Shown: positions 47,590-55,762 of the stretch, piece after piece
Layout: every line of letters starts with the position of its first letter
Position numbering within the stretch: the stretch's first letter is position 1
Assembly: GCA_963796455.1 (NCBI GenBank)
Contig: CAWCLO010000001.1
Coordinates: forward strand, 960,001-1,024,000
Source: Candidatus Sulfomarinibacteraceae bacterium
Lineage (GTDB): Bacteria > Acidobacteriota > Thermoanaerobaculia > Thermoanaerobaculales > Sulfomarinibacteraceae
Direction of reading: 5' to 3'
DNA length: 64,000 nucleotides
Program-made: the position numbers and the translations under genes
The notes under the pieces: model-generated
What the model was told of the DNA's origin: nothing
Database searches by the model: none
The model's input: only the letters and a program-made list of their open reading frames with translations

Positions 47590-48320
47590 GCAGAGGAGAA
47601 AGGGTGAAAGGGTGAAAGGGAGAACCGTACCGGAAACTCTGTTCGAGACAAGGAGAGAGTATTCGCAATCCCTAATCACTCTTGTCCAATACAGGGTTGC
47701 GGACCGCGATCAGGGACGGCGACAGCGATCAGCGTCAGCGACAGCGTTCAGTGGTCAGCGGCAGCGACCAGCCACCGGGGCAGCGTCAGCGTCGGCGAAC
47801 AGCCCTTACTGGTCGGGTTCAAGAGCCGCCAGGTCATCGCTCGGACCTGATCGAAGGCGTTCATCGCGTCGCGGGCGGCTGTCGCACTGATCGCCCCGGG
47901 GGTGGCCTCGCCGTCACTGCACCTGATCGCTGTTCTCTGTCGCTGTCCCTGTTCGCTGTTGCCTGTCGCTGGCGCTGGCGCTGAACACTGTCGCTGCCGC
48001 TGCAATTCGGGATCAAGATCGGGATCGGGACCGCCATTGAATGGACCTCGGAGTTTTCGCTTTTCGATAGCGATAGCGATAGCGATAGCGATGACGGTAA
48101 GGATGACGGTAGGGATTCCTTATCTGCGTAGATCCTTCGACTCGGTCGCGAAGCTCCCTCGCTCAGGATGACATCAGGCGGTGTAGCCTCGGCCAGCACC
48201 GCCTCATGTCATCTGCGTGATCTGCGGTTTGTGATGGGATCCGATGCGATGGAATTCCCAATTCCCAATTCCCAATTCCTAATTCCTAATTCCTAATTCC
48301 TACCGGCTCCCCTGCTCCCA
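47590..48320. mobile_element. Copy E: composite element with L/R frame (47675-48011), four-helix remnant on minus strand (47806-47900), half palindrome, hairpin and AATTCCY array
   Basis: Remnant reads PGAISATAARDAMNAFDQVRAMTWRLLNP; the right part is the reverse complement of copy B's left part. Confidence 0.78.
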
Positions 48321-48343
48321 CTAAATCAGCTAGAGTATCCCGC

Positions 48344-50143
48344 ATGAAGAAACTGACCATTTTTGCTGTCGCCTTTTTCTGTTCCACTCTGGTGTTCGCT
48401 GCCGACGAGATACCCCGCGAGTGGCTCACCGTCGCCGAGCAGACCGATTTCCGGGCCACCTCGACTCTCGAAGAGACCATGACATTCCTCCAGAAAGTGC
48501 AGTCTCAAGCGCCAGAGATCATCCGGGTCGGCCTCTTCGGTTCATCCGGCCGGGGATTCGGCCTCCCAATGGTCATCGTTTCGGCCGAGGGTGCCTTTAC
48601 TCCCGGTGCCATCGTAAGTTCGGGGAAACCGGTACTGCTTTTTCAGAGCTGTATCCACGCCGGTGAGGTCGACGGGAAAGTGGCCAGTTTGATGATCCTG
48701 CGCGACATCGCTCTCGGCAAACGACAGGATCTGGTGGATTCTGCGATCCTCGTCTTCACTCCCATTTACAACGCCGATGGACACGAGCACGTGTCGCCCT
48801 ACAACCGATCCAACCAGAATGGCCCGGTTGACGGCCAGGGATACCGGGCGACTGCCAACGGCATCAACCTCAATCGCGACTACCTCAGGCTCATCAGCTC
48901 CGAGGCCAGGTCGATGGCACGGCTCGTCGGCACGCTCAACCCGCACATCCACGTGGACAACCACGTCACCAACGGTTCCGACCATGCCTGGGTTCTGACC
49001 TGGCTGGTCGCAGAAGCACCCCAGCTCCACCCGGCATTGGACTCCTGGCTCGATGATCATCTGCCGGCGGTCCTCGCCGCGACCAGCGCGGCCGGCCATC
49101 CCAATGGGCCCTACGTCAACCTCATTTCGGGTTCCGACCCGAGTAAGGGCATGATCTGGGATGTGGCGCAGCCACGTTATTCCTCGGGTTACTTTCCACT
49201 CCGCAACCGTATTTCGATCCTGATCGAGATGCACGCCCACAAACCCTTCCGTGACCGCGTATTTGCCAACAAATCCTTCATGGAGGAACTGATTCTCCAG
49301 GCCGGACGATCCGGCGAGGCTCTGGTGGCCGCCGTCGCCGAGGCCAATGCCGCCACGGTCGCCCTCGGCACGGAGGACGCGGATCCATCTGAAATCGTCC
49401 TCCGTTGGGGAGTGGAAGAAGAGGGTGAAACCATCACCTGGCCCGCATACCGCTGGAGTCAAGAAGACTCGGTCGTGAGCGGCGGCACCCGCGTTCGATA
49501 TCACCGGGGCGAGATCAGCGAGGTGGAACTCGAGTGGCGACACCTTCCGGTGGCCGAGCTGACGCTCCCTCGACCTCGTGGCTACATCGTTTCCGCCGGT
49601 TGGCCCCAGATCGAGCAGGTCATCGCCGGCCACGGCCTGCGAACCCATCGTCTCACCGCCGAGCAGGAGATCACGGTCGAAACGACGAGGCTCTCAGATC
49701 CCGAGTTTGCTTCCTCTCCCTTCCAGGGCACGGTCATGGTCCGCGATTTCAAAACCGCGCGACAGAACGAAAGGCGTTCGGTCCCCGGAGACAGTCTTTG
49801 GATTCCCGCAGACCAGCCCAACTTCGAGATTGCGGTGCAACTCTTCGAGCCCGAGGCCCCGGACAGCCTCGTCAGGTGGGGGGCGATCTCTTCTCTCTTC
49901 GAACGCAAGATCTATATCGGAAGGGATGTGCTGGAAAACCTCGCGAAAGAGATGCTGAATGACCCTGCGGTCAAAAAGGAGTGGAAAGAGGCCCTCGAAG
50001 ATCCGGCCTTTGCCGAGGACGGCCGTGCCCGCTATCTGTGGTGGTACAAACGCACACCCTTTTGGGACGAAACCGTCGGGTTGTTACCAATTTTCCGGGT
50101 CATGGGCCCGCCCTCTTTCAGATTCGAAGCGGTCCCGGAGTAG
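48344..50143 (+). CDS. Secreted M14 zinc carboxypeptidase-like protein
   Basis: Signal peptide; IHAGE, NADG, NLNRD and DNH motifs. Confidence 0.88.
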   Translation: MKKLTIFAVAFFCSTLVFAADEIPREWLTVAEQTDFRATSTLEETMTFLQKVQSQAPEIIRVGLFGSSGRGFGLPMVIVSAEGAFTPGAIVSSGKPVLLFQSCIHAGEVDGKVASLMILRDIALGKRQDLVDSAILVFTPIYNADGHEHVSPYNRSNQNGPVDGQGYRATANGINLNRDYLRLISSEARSMARLVGTLNPHIHVDNHVTNGSDHAWVLTWLVAEAPQLHPALDSWLDDHLPAVLAATSAAGHPNGPYVNLISGSDPSKGMIWDVAQPRYSSGYFPLRNRISILIEMHAHKPFRDRVFANKSFMEELILQAGRSGEALVAAVAEANAATVALGTEDADPSEIVLRWGVEEEGETITWPAYRWSQEDSVVSGGTRVRYHRGEISEVELEWRHLPVAELTLPRPRGYIVSAGWPQIEQVIAGHGLRTHRLTAEQEITVETTRLSDPEFASSPFQGTVMVRDFKTARQNERRSVPGDSLWIPADQPNFEIAVQLFEPEAPDSLVRWGAISSLFERKIYIGRDVLENLAKEMLNDPAVKKEWKEALEDPAFAEDGRARYLWWYKRTPFWDETVGLLPIFRVMGPPSFRFEAVPE

Positions 50144-50187
50144 ATATCGGTCAACCCAGCCTCGGCGCTCGCTGGCTGCCCCTCGGA

Positions 50188-50883
50188 ATGGCGCTGCGCG
50201 ATTTCCATGAAGGGAAGGCCTCGGCCTCGATCATCGTTCACAGCGATATCTGGGCGGCTGAAGATACGCCGGTGGAGGATTTTTATCGTCCTGCGGGAGG
50301 AGCGCTTCCGGAGATTGAACGGAGGGCGCTTTCCTTGTGCCGGGGCCGCGTCCTCGATCTCGGGGCCGGGGCCGGCCGTCACGCCCTCGACCTCCAGAGC
50401 CAGGGCATCGATGTCACGGCCGTCGACATCCTGGACGAGGCGGTCGCCGTGATGCGTAGCCGCGGAGTCCGGGATGCCCGCCAGGGTGATCTCGATACCG
50501 TCGAGGGAGAACGATTCGATACCGTTCTGCTCCTGATGCACGGCATCGGACTGGTCGGAAACCTCCAGGGCCTGGCGGATTTCCTGCATCGAATTCGAAA
50601 TTTTTTGACTCGAGGCGGACGCATCCTCTGCGATTCGGCAGATCTCGATCTCGTGCTCCCGGAATTGTCGACAGAAGTCGGGAACGAATTTGAAGCCGGA
50701 GACTCATACTACGGAGAGGTGGAGTTTCGCCTCGAATACGGCACCCATGAAGGTCAACCCTATCCATGGCTCTTTGTCGATCACCGGACTCTGATACGTT
50801 TTGCAGCCCGCGAGAACATGCGTTGCGTTGTGGACTCGCGCGGTAGTCGTGGGTCGTATCTAGCCCGTATCGACACGATATAG
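50188..50883 (+). CDS. Class I SAM-dependent methyltransferase (start uncertain)
   Basis: VLDLGAGAG, FDTVLLLMHGIG and YYGEV...PWLFVD motifs. Confidence 0.82.
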   Translation: MALRDFHEGKASASIIVHSDIWAAEDTPVEDFYRPAGGALPEIERRALSLCRGRVLDLGAGAGRHALDLQSQGIDVTAVDILDEAVAVMRSRGVRDARQGDLDTVEGERFDTVLLLMHGIGLVGNLQGLADFLHRIRNFLTRGGRILCDSADLDLVLPELSTEVGNEFEAGDSYYGEVEFRLEYGTHEGQPYPWLFVDHRTLIRFAARENMRCVVDSRGSRGSYLARIDTI

Positions 50884-50941
50884 TAGTATTCAGCGCTCTC
50901 AGCCGCATAAAACAGGCGGCGTAGCGCGAGAAAGGTCCAAC

Positions 50942-51967
50942 ATGAAAAGCACAACCCTGGCACGAGCGATCGCTATCGTGGCGATGCTCGCCATTGCCTC
51001 GGCCGCCGGCGCCCAAACCGCCGCGGCTCCGTCCGAAAACGTCAATCCAGCCGTCCTCAAGGTCAACGATGAGTTGATCTATGCCGCCGAAATCAGTATG
51101 GCCATGGCGAACATCGCGTCTCAACTCAGCTCCCAGGGAGAGAAACCGAATCAGGAGCAAGTGGTCCAGATGGCGACCCAACGCGTGGTGGAACAAAAGC
51201 TTCTGGCCCAGGAGGCTAGACGGCAGGGTCTTCAGCCCAATGAGCTCCGAGTCGCCGAAATGATGCAGGCGCTCGAAGAACAGGTCGGAGGGAGCGCCAA
51301 CCTCAGCAAATCCCTCACCGAAAGGGGCTCGAACCTGGAGCAGATGCAGGGCACGCTCGAAGAAATGGATCTCGCCCGGGGCTTGATCGAACGCAAGATC
51401 GTCCCCACCATCAAGGTCACGGATGAGGAGCTGGCTGCATATTATGCGGAAAACCAGGACACATTCAACCATGATGACCAGGTCCATGCGCGACATATCA
51501 TTTTCTTCGCGCCCGAAGAAACCACCGTCCAGATAGTCGTCGACCAAAGAGGAAAGGCGGACGAGGCGCGGCGACGCGCACTTGCCGGAGAAGACTTTGG
51601 GGATCTTGTCAAAGAGCTTTCTGAAGACCCGGCAGCTGCTGAAAACGGGGGTGATGTCGGTTTCTTCAGCTATCCGCAAATGGTACCGACATTTGCCGCG
51701 GCAGCTTTTGCAACCGAACCGGGCGGCATCTCGGAAGTCGTGCGCACCGAGTTCGGTTTTCACGTCATCAACGTCATCGAGAAACGTCCCGCCGGCACGA
51801 TCCCGCTCGATGAGGTCAGCGACGACCTCCGGTTGATGATCGGTCAGCGGCGGACCGGCGAGGCGGTCGCGGCTCTGATCAAGAGCCTGGCCGAAGCCGC
51901 AACCGTCACGCCCCTGCTCGCGCAGCCGGGCGCCGCGCCCGCAGCTCCCCAGGGAGGCGGCCAGTAG
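50942..51967 (+). CDS. SurA/PrsA-like parvulin peptidyl-prolyl isomerase
   Basis: Signal peptide; VHARHI, GGDVGF and TEFGFHVI motifs. Confidence 0.9.
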   Translation: MKSTTLARAIAIVAMLAIASAAGAQTAAAPSENVNPAVLKVNDELIYAAEISMAMANIASQLSSQGEKPNQEQVVQMATQRVVEQKLLAQEARRQGLQPNELRVAEMMQALEEQVGGSANLSKSLTERGSNLEQMQGTLEEMDLARGLIERKIVPTIKVTDEELAAYYAENQDTFNHDDQVHARHIIFFAPEETTVQIVVDQRGKADEARRRALAGEDFGDLVKELSEDPAAAENGGDVGFFSYPQMVPTFAAAAFATEPGGISEVVRTEFGFHVINVIEKRPAGTIPLDEVSDDLRLMIGQRRTGEAVAALIKSLAEAATVTPLLAQPGAAPAAPQGGGQ

Positions 51968-51979
51968 GACGAAACACAG

Positions 51980-52172
51980 CTGTCCAGGACACGGGCGACA
52001 GCGACAGGAAGCGGCAAACAGGGACAGGTATCAGAGGTCCGCGGCAGCGACAGTGTTCAGCGCCAGCGATCGTTATCTGCGCTCATCTGCGTGATCTGCG
52101 GTTTCTCCTGTGATGGGTGAACGAGAATCCGAAATCCGAAATCCGAAATCCGAAATTCCTAATTCCTAGTTC
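51980..52172. repeat. Partial composite element (CAGCGA-type arm, reverse-complement AAACCGCAGATCACGCAGATGA motif, AATCCGA/AATTCCT arrays)
   Basis: 52083-52157 resembles the reverse complement of about 16410-16492; GGCAGCGACAGTGTTCAGCG is shared with copies B and E. Confidence 0.85.
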
Positions 52173-52178
52173 TCCTAC

Positions 52179-53420
52179 CTAGCCGTCCGCCGAGTCGCCC
52201 AACACATCTGCCAGGGTCGTCGTGACTTCGGCAGGCCCTTCCAGGGTGCGGTGGACCGGGCAGCGGTCGGCGATTGCAAGCAGCCGTTGCCGCTGTTTTT
52301 CGTCCAGAGGGCCTTCGAGCAGGATCTCCCGAGTGAAGTGATCGATGCGGGCACCCGGCTTTTCGACGTCGGCACAATCCTCACAGTGGATTTTTTCGTG
52401 CTGCAGCCGTACCTCCACAGCTTCGAGGGGCCACTCCTTGCGATCTGCATACATTCTGAGCGTGATCGAGGTGCACGCGCCAAGGGCCGAAGACAGCAAC
52501 TCATAAGGGGTCGGCCCCATATTTGTTCCCCCGATCGCAAGGGGTTCGTCGGCTACCAACGGGTGGCCGTTGGCGAGCACCTCGGTTCGATAGCCCTGTC
52601 CCGTCCGCACCACGACCTGGTTTGCTCCGGGGCGCGCCTTTTTGACCTCCTCCTGAGCTTCGCCGAGATAACGCTTCGCCCACGAGGCGACCATAGAACC
52701 GACATAACGGCCGTCTTCTGCATCGCTCAAGAGGTGATCGGCATTGTCGAGCGCGACGATGCTCTTGGGTTGGCGGGCGGTTTCGTAGATCTTCTCGGCA
52801 TGGTCGATGCCCACGGTCGTGTCGCGCGGCGAGTGAAAGACCATCAGGGCTTTTCCAAGTCCGGCGATCGCTCCGTCCATTTTGGTCGTGGAGAGATCGT
52901 CGAGAAACTCTTTGCGGATCCGAAACGGTCGACCGGCAATCTGGACTTCGGCCTCACCGGCAGTCTCGATCTCGGCACTCGATGATCTGATCATCCCGGC
53001 GAGATGATCGAGGGAGGAGGGCGATGCGATCGTGACGACCGCGTCGGCCGACGGAATACGCGCCGCCGCCTGAAGCACGGCCGCGCCACCAAGCGAATGT
53101 CCGATGAGAATCTTTGGTGCCTCCAGATTTTGTTCCATGAATTCTGCGGCGGCCAGCAGGTCGTCCACATTTGAAGAGAATGTGGTCGAAGAGAAATCCC
53201 CTTCGCTCTCACCGAGGCCCGTAAAGTCGAAACGCAGAACCGCCACCCCTTCGGCCGCCAGGGCTCTGGAGACCCGCGCCACTCCCTTGTAGTTTTTCGA
53301 ACAGGTGAAACAGTGGGCGAAAAGAGCGTAGGCAATCGGCTTGTCGTCCACCGGTTGGTCGAGCAGTGCGGCCAATTTGTGCCCCGACGCGTTTTCAAAT
53401 GAGATCTTTCTGGTGTGCAT
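52179..53420 (-). CDS. Bifunctional alpha/beta hydrolase / OsmC-family protein
   Basis: FAHCFTC, GHSLGG, ADHLL; OsmC domain ADEP...ALGACTS...RCPVHRTL. Confidence 0.92.
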   Translation of the reverse strand: MHTRKISFENASGHKLAALLDQPVDDKPIAYALFAHCFTCSKNYKGVARVSRALAAEGVAVLRFDFTGLGESEGDFSSTTFSSNVDDLLAAAEFMEQNLEAPKILIGHSLGGAAVLQAAARIPSADAVVTIASPSSLDHLAGMIRSSSAEIETAGEAEVQIAGRPFRIRKEFLDDLSTTKMDGAIAGLGKALMVFHSPRDTTVGIDHAEKIYETARQPKSIVALDNADHLLSDAEDGRYVGSMVASWAKRYLGEAQEEVKKARPGANQVVVRTGQGYRTEVLANGHPLVADEPLAIGGTNMGPTPYELLSSALGACTSITLRMYADRKEWPLEAVEVRLQHEKIHCEDCADVEKPGARIDHFTREILLEGPLDEKQRQRLLAIADRCPVHRTLEGPAEVTTTLADVLGDSADG

Positions 53421-53556
53421 TTCTTCTCCCGTCTGCACGAAATCGTATCTTCAGCGGAGTCATTTGGCGAGGGTTTTCAACATTGGAATGTGCTTTGAAA
53501 GGGTGTACCTTCGATCATCGTTCGCACAGGATAATATTGTCGACCCGGGAGAAAAA

Positions 53557-54831
53557 TTGCCACACGCCACAACCTTGATGCTCGTTCTCGCCGCCTCCAT
53601 GAGTGTTTCGACACTCTCGGGCCAGGAGTTTCGGCCCGCAGCTCCGGAAACCGTAGGCATGTCGAGCAAACGCCTTGCGGGAATCGACGAGTACATCCAG
53701 CGGCACCTCGACGCCTCTCATTTTGCCGGTGCGGTCACGGTTGTCGCCCGGCGCGGGAAGGTCGTCCAGTTCAAGGCCTACGGTATGCAGGACATCGAAA
53801 ACGTGGTCCCGATGGCCACCGACTCGATCTTCAGGATCTACTCGATGACCAAACCGATCACAAGTGTTGCGGTCATGACGCTTTTTGAAGAGGGCCGGTT
53901 CTTACTCAACGATCCCGTGTCCAAATTCCTCCCGGAGTTCAAAGACCTCGTCGTAGGGCTTGACGAGGTCGACGAGACGACTGGCGAAACTGTACTGACG
54001 ACCGAGGCCGCCATCCGCGAGGTCACCATTCGCGACCTGTTGCGCCACACCTCGGGGCTGACCTATGGATTCTGGGGAAACACCTTGGTGGACAAGATGT
54101 ACCTCGAGAAACAGGTCCTTTCCAGGGAAACGACCATTCAGGACACCGTCACCAAACTCGGCACCATCCCGCTCAGGCATCAACCCGGAACCGTCTGGGA
54201 GTACAGCGTCTCCACCGACGTATTGGGACGCCTCGTCGAAGTGGTTTCCGGGATGCCATTTGACGAATTCCTTCGGGCTCGCATATTCGTGCCCCTCGGG
54301 ATGAAAGACACCGGGTTTTTCGTGCCAACGGGCAAGGGCCGACCGGTTGACCACCGTCTACACACCCAACGAAGACAACTCGGCCCTCTCGCCAAACAAC
54401 CCGCGAAGGCGCGCGATTTCACCGAGCCGCCGGGATATTTTTCCGGCGGCGGAGGCCTCGTCTCGACGGCTGCCGACTATCTCCGATTCGCTCAGATGCT
54501 GCTCAACCGCGGCGAGCTCGCCGGAACGAGAATCCTCGGGTCCGAGACCGTCGAACTGATGACAAGCAACCACCTGGCCGGCATCGAAGACCGCGGTTAT
54601 CTCAACCCAAACGGTTTTGGACTCGGGTTCATGATCATGCCGGAGCGCGGGGTCTCGGGATTGATCCTTTCTGAAGGCTCGTTCGGTTGGGGCGGTCTTG
54701 CCCACACCAACTTCTGGGTGGATCCGGAGGAAGAACTGGTCGGGGTCTTTTTGATCCAGATCCTGCCCGAGGCACCGATCCCATACCGCGATCTCTTCAG
54801 ACCGGTGGTCTACCAGGCCATCATCGATTGA
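53557..54831 (+). CDS. Beta-lactamase-related serine hydrolase
   Basis: FRIYSMTK, LLRHTSG, WEYS, GGGGL and FGWGG motifs; an internal segment appears out of frame (see findings). Confidence 0.88.
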   Translation: MPHATTLMLVLAASMSVSTLSGQEFRPAAPETVGMSSKRLAGIDEYIQRHLDASHFAGAVTVVARRGKVVQFKAYGMQDIENVVPMATDSIFRIYSMTKPITSVAVMTLFEEGRFLLNDPVSKFLPEFKDLVVGLDEVDETTGETVLTTEAAIREVTIRDLLRHTSGLTYGFWGNTLVDKMYLEKQVLSRETTIQDTVTKLGTIPLRHQPGTVWEYSVSTDVLGRLVEVVSGMPFDEFLRARIFVPLGMKDTGFFVPTGKGRPVDHRLHTQRRQLGPLAKQPAKARDFTEPPGYFSGGGGLVSTAADYLRFAQMLLNRGELAGTRILGSETVELMTSNHLAGIEDRGYLNPNGFGLGFMIMPERGVSGLILSEGSFGWGGLAHTNFWVDPEEELVGVFLIQILPEAPIPYRDLFRPVVYQAIID

Positions 54832-54881
54832 CGATGCCCCGCGACCACCGGTGAAATCTCTGTTGAATCAGATAACCGGGG

Positions 54882-55761
54882 TCACTGCCGCTTGATCCAG
54901 TCGGCGAGGAGCCCCAGCCATTGTGCAGTACCGTCTTCCGCTCTGCCTGGGCCAAACCCGTGCCCCCCCTCCGGCAAAGAAGTGCACCTCAACGGCCTGG
55001 CCGACAGCGGTCAAGGCCTCGGCATAGAGCAGCGACTCTTCGACCGGCACGACGTCGTCGTCATAGGCGTGGACCAGGAAGGCGGGCGGAGTCGACAAAT
55101 CGACGTGGTCGACCAGGGCGTACTGTCGCTTCTCGGAATCAGTCATCGGCCGGTGGAAGAGGGTCTCCTCGAGCCATTCCTGGTTTTCGGGGCCCAGCGT
55201 GGTCACGGGATAGATCGGTGCCGAAAAATCGGGATTCTCGTCGGCAACCGGGGATCGCAAGACGCTGACGGCCGTCGCGAGGTTGCCGCCGGCCGAAAAA
55301 CCCATGATTCCGACCTTCGATCGATCAAAACCGTAGGCCTCCGCCAGGGATTTCATCAGGCTGATCGCTCTCCTGGCATCAGTGATCGGCACCAGATGGG
55401 GTTGATCTGAGGATTCAGGCAGTGGAAGTCTGTATTTCAAAACTGCAGCGGTGATACCCTGTGCCGCGAGCGCCTCGGCTATCTCCTGACCCTCCGCCAC
55501 TATCGACTCCTCGACATATCCCCCACCGGGCACGACGATCATCGCCCGTCCCGAATTTCTTCCAATGGCGGCGTGGATCGTCAGGGTCGGCCGTGTGACG
55601 TTGTATGCACAGAGCACGTGATAGGAGGATTCCTTGACGTACTCCTCGAGGAAGTTCGGTTTCGAGTAAGGCGGCGGCCCGTCCCACAGATCGACAATGT
55701 CCTCGGCGCCGGCGACGGGAACGAGGAAAACAAACAGGAGAAACCAGATTCTTTTCATCAT
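54882..55761 (-). CDS. Secreted alpha/beta hydrolase (xylan/pectin acetylesterase-like), frameshifted near the 3' end
   Basis: PGGGY and GFSAGG motifs; the catalytic GHGFG segment and TGA at 54882 appear only after a shift at the C7 run near 54965. Confidence 0.8.
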
Positions 55762-55762
55762 C

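Noticed and set aside
19468..47900. 5'-truncated retrotransposition as origin of the remnants
   Set aside because: Both outer frame ends are retained and junctions show microhomology, which fits internal deletion better.
14229..52172. CRISPR array
   Set aside because: The repeats are contiguous 6-8-mers or dispersed modules, with no regular repeat-spacer structure and no cas genes.
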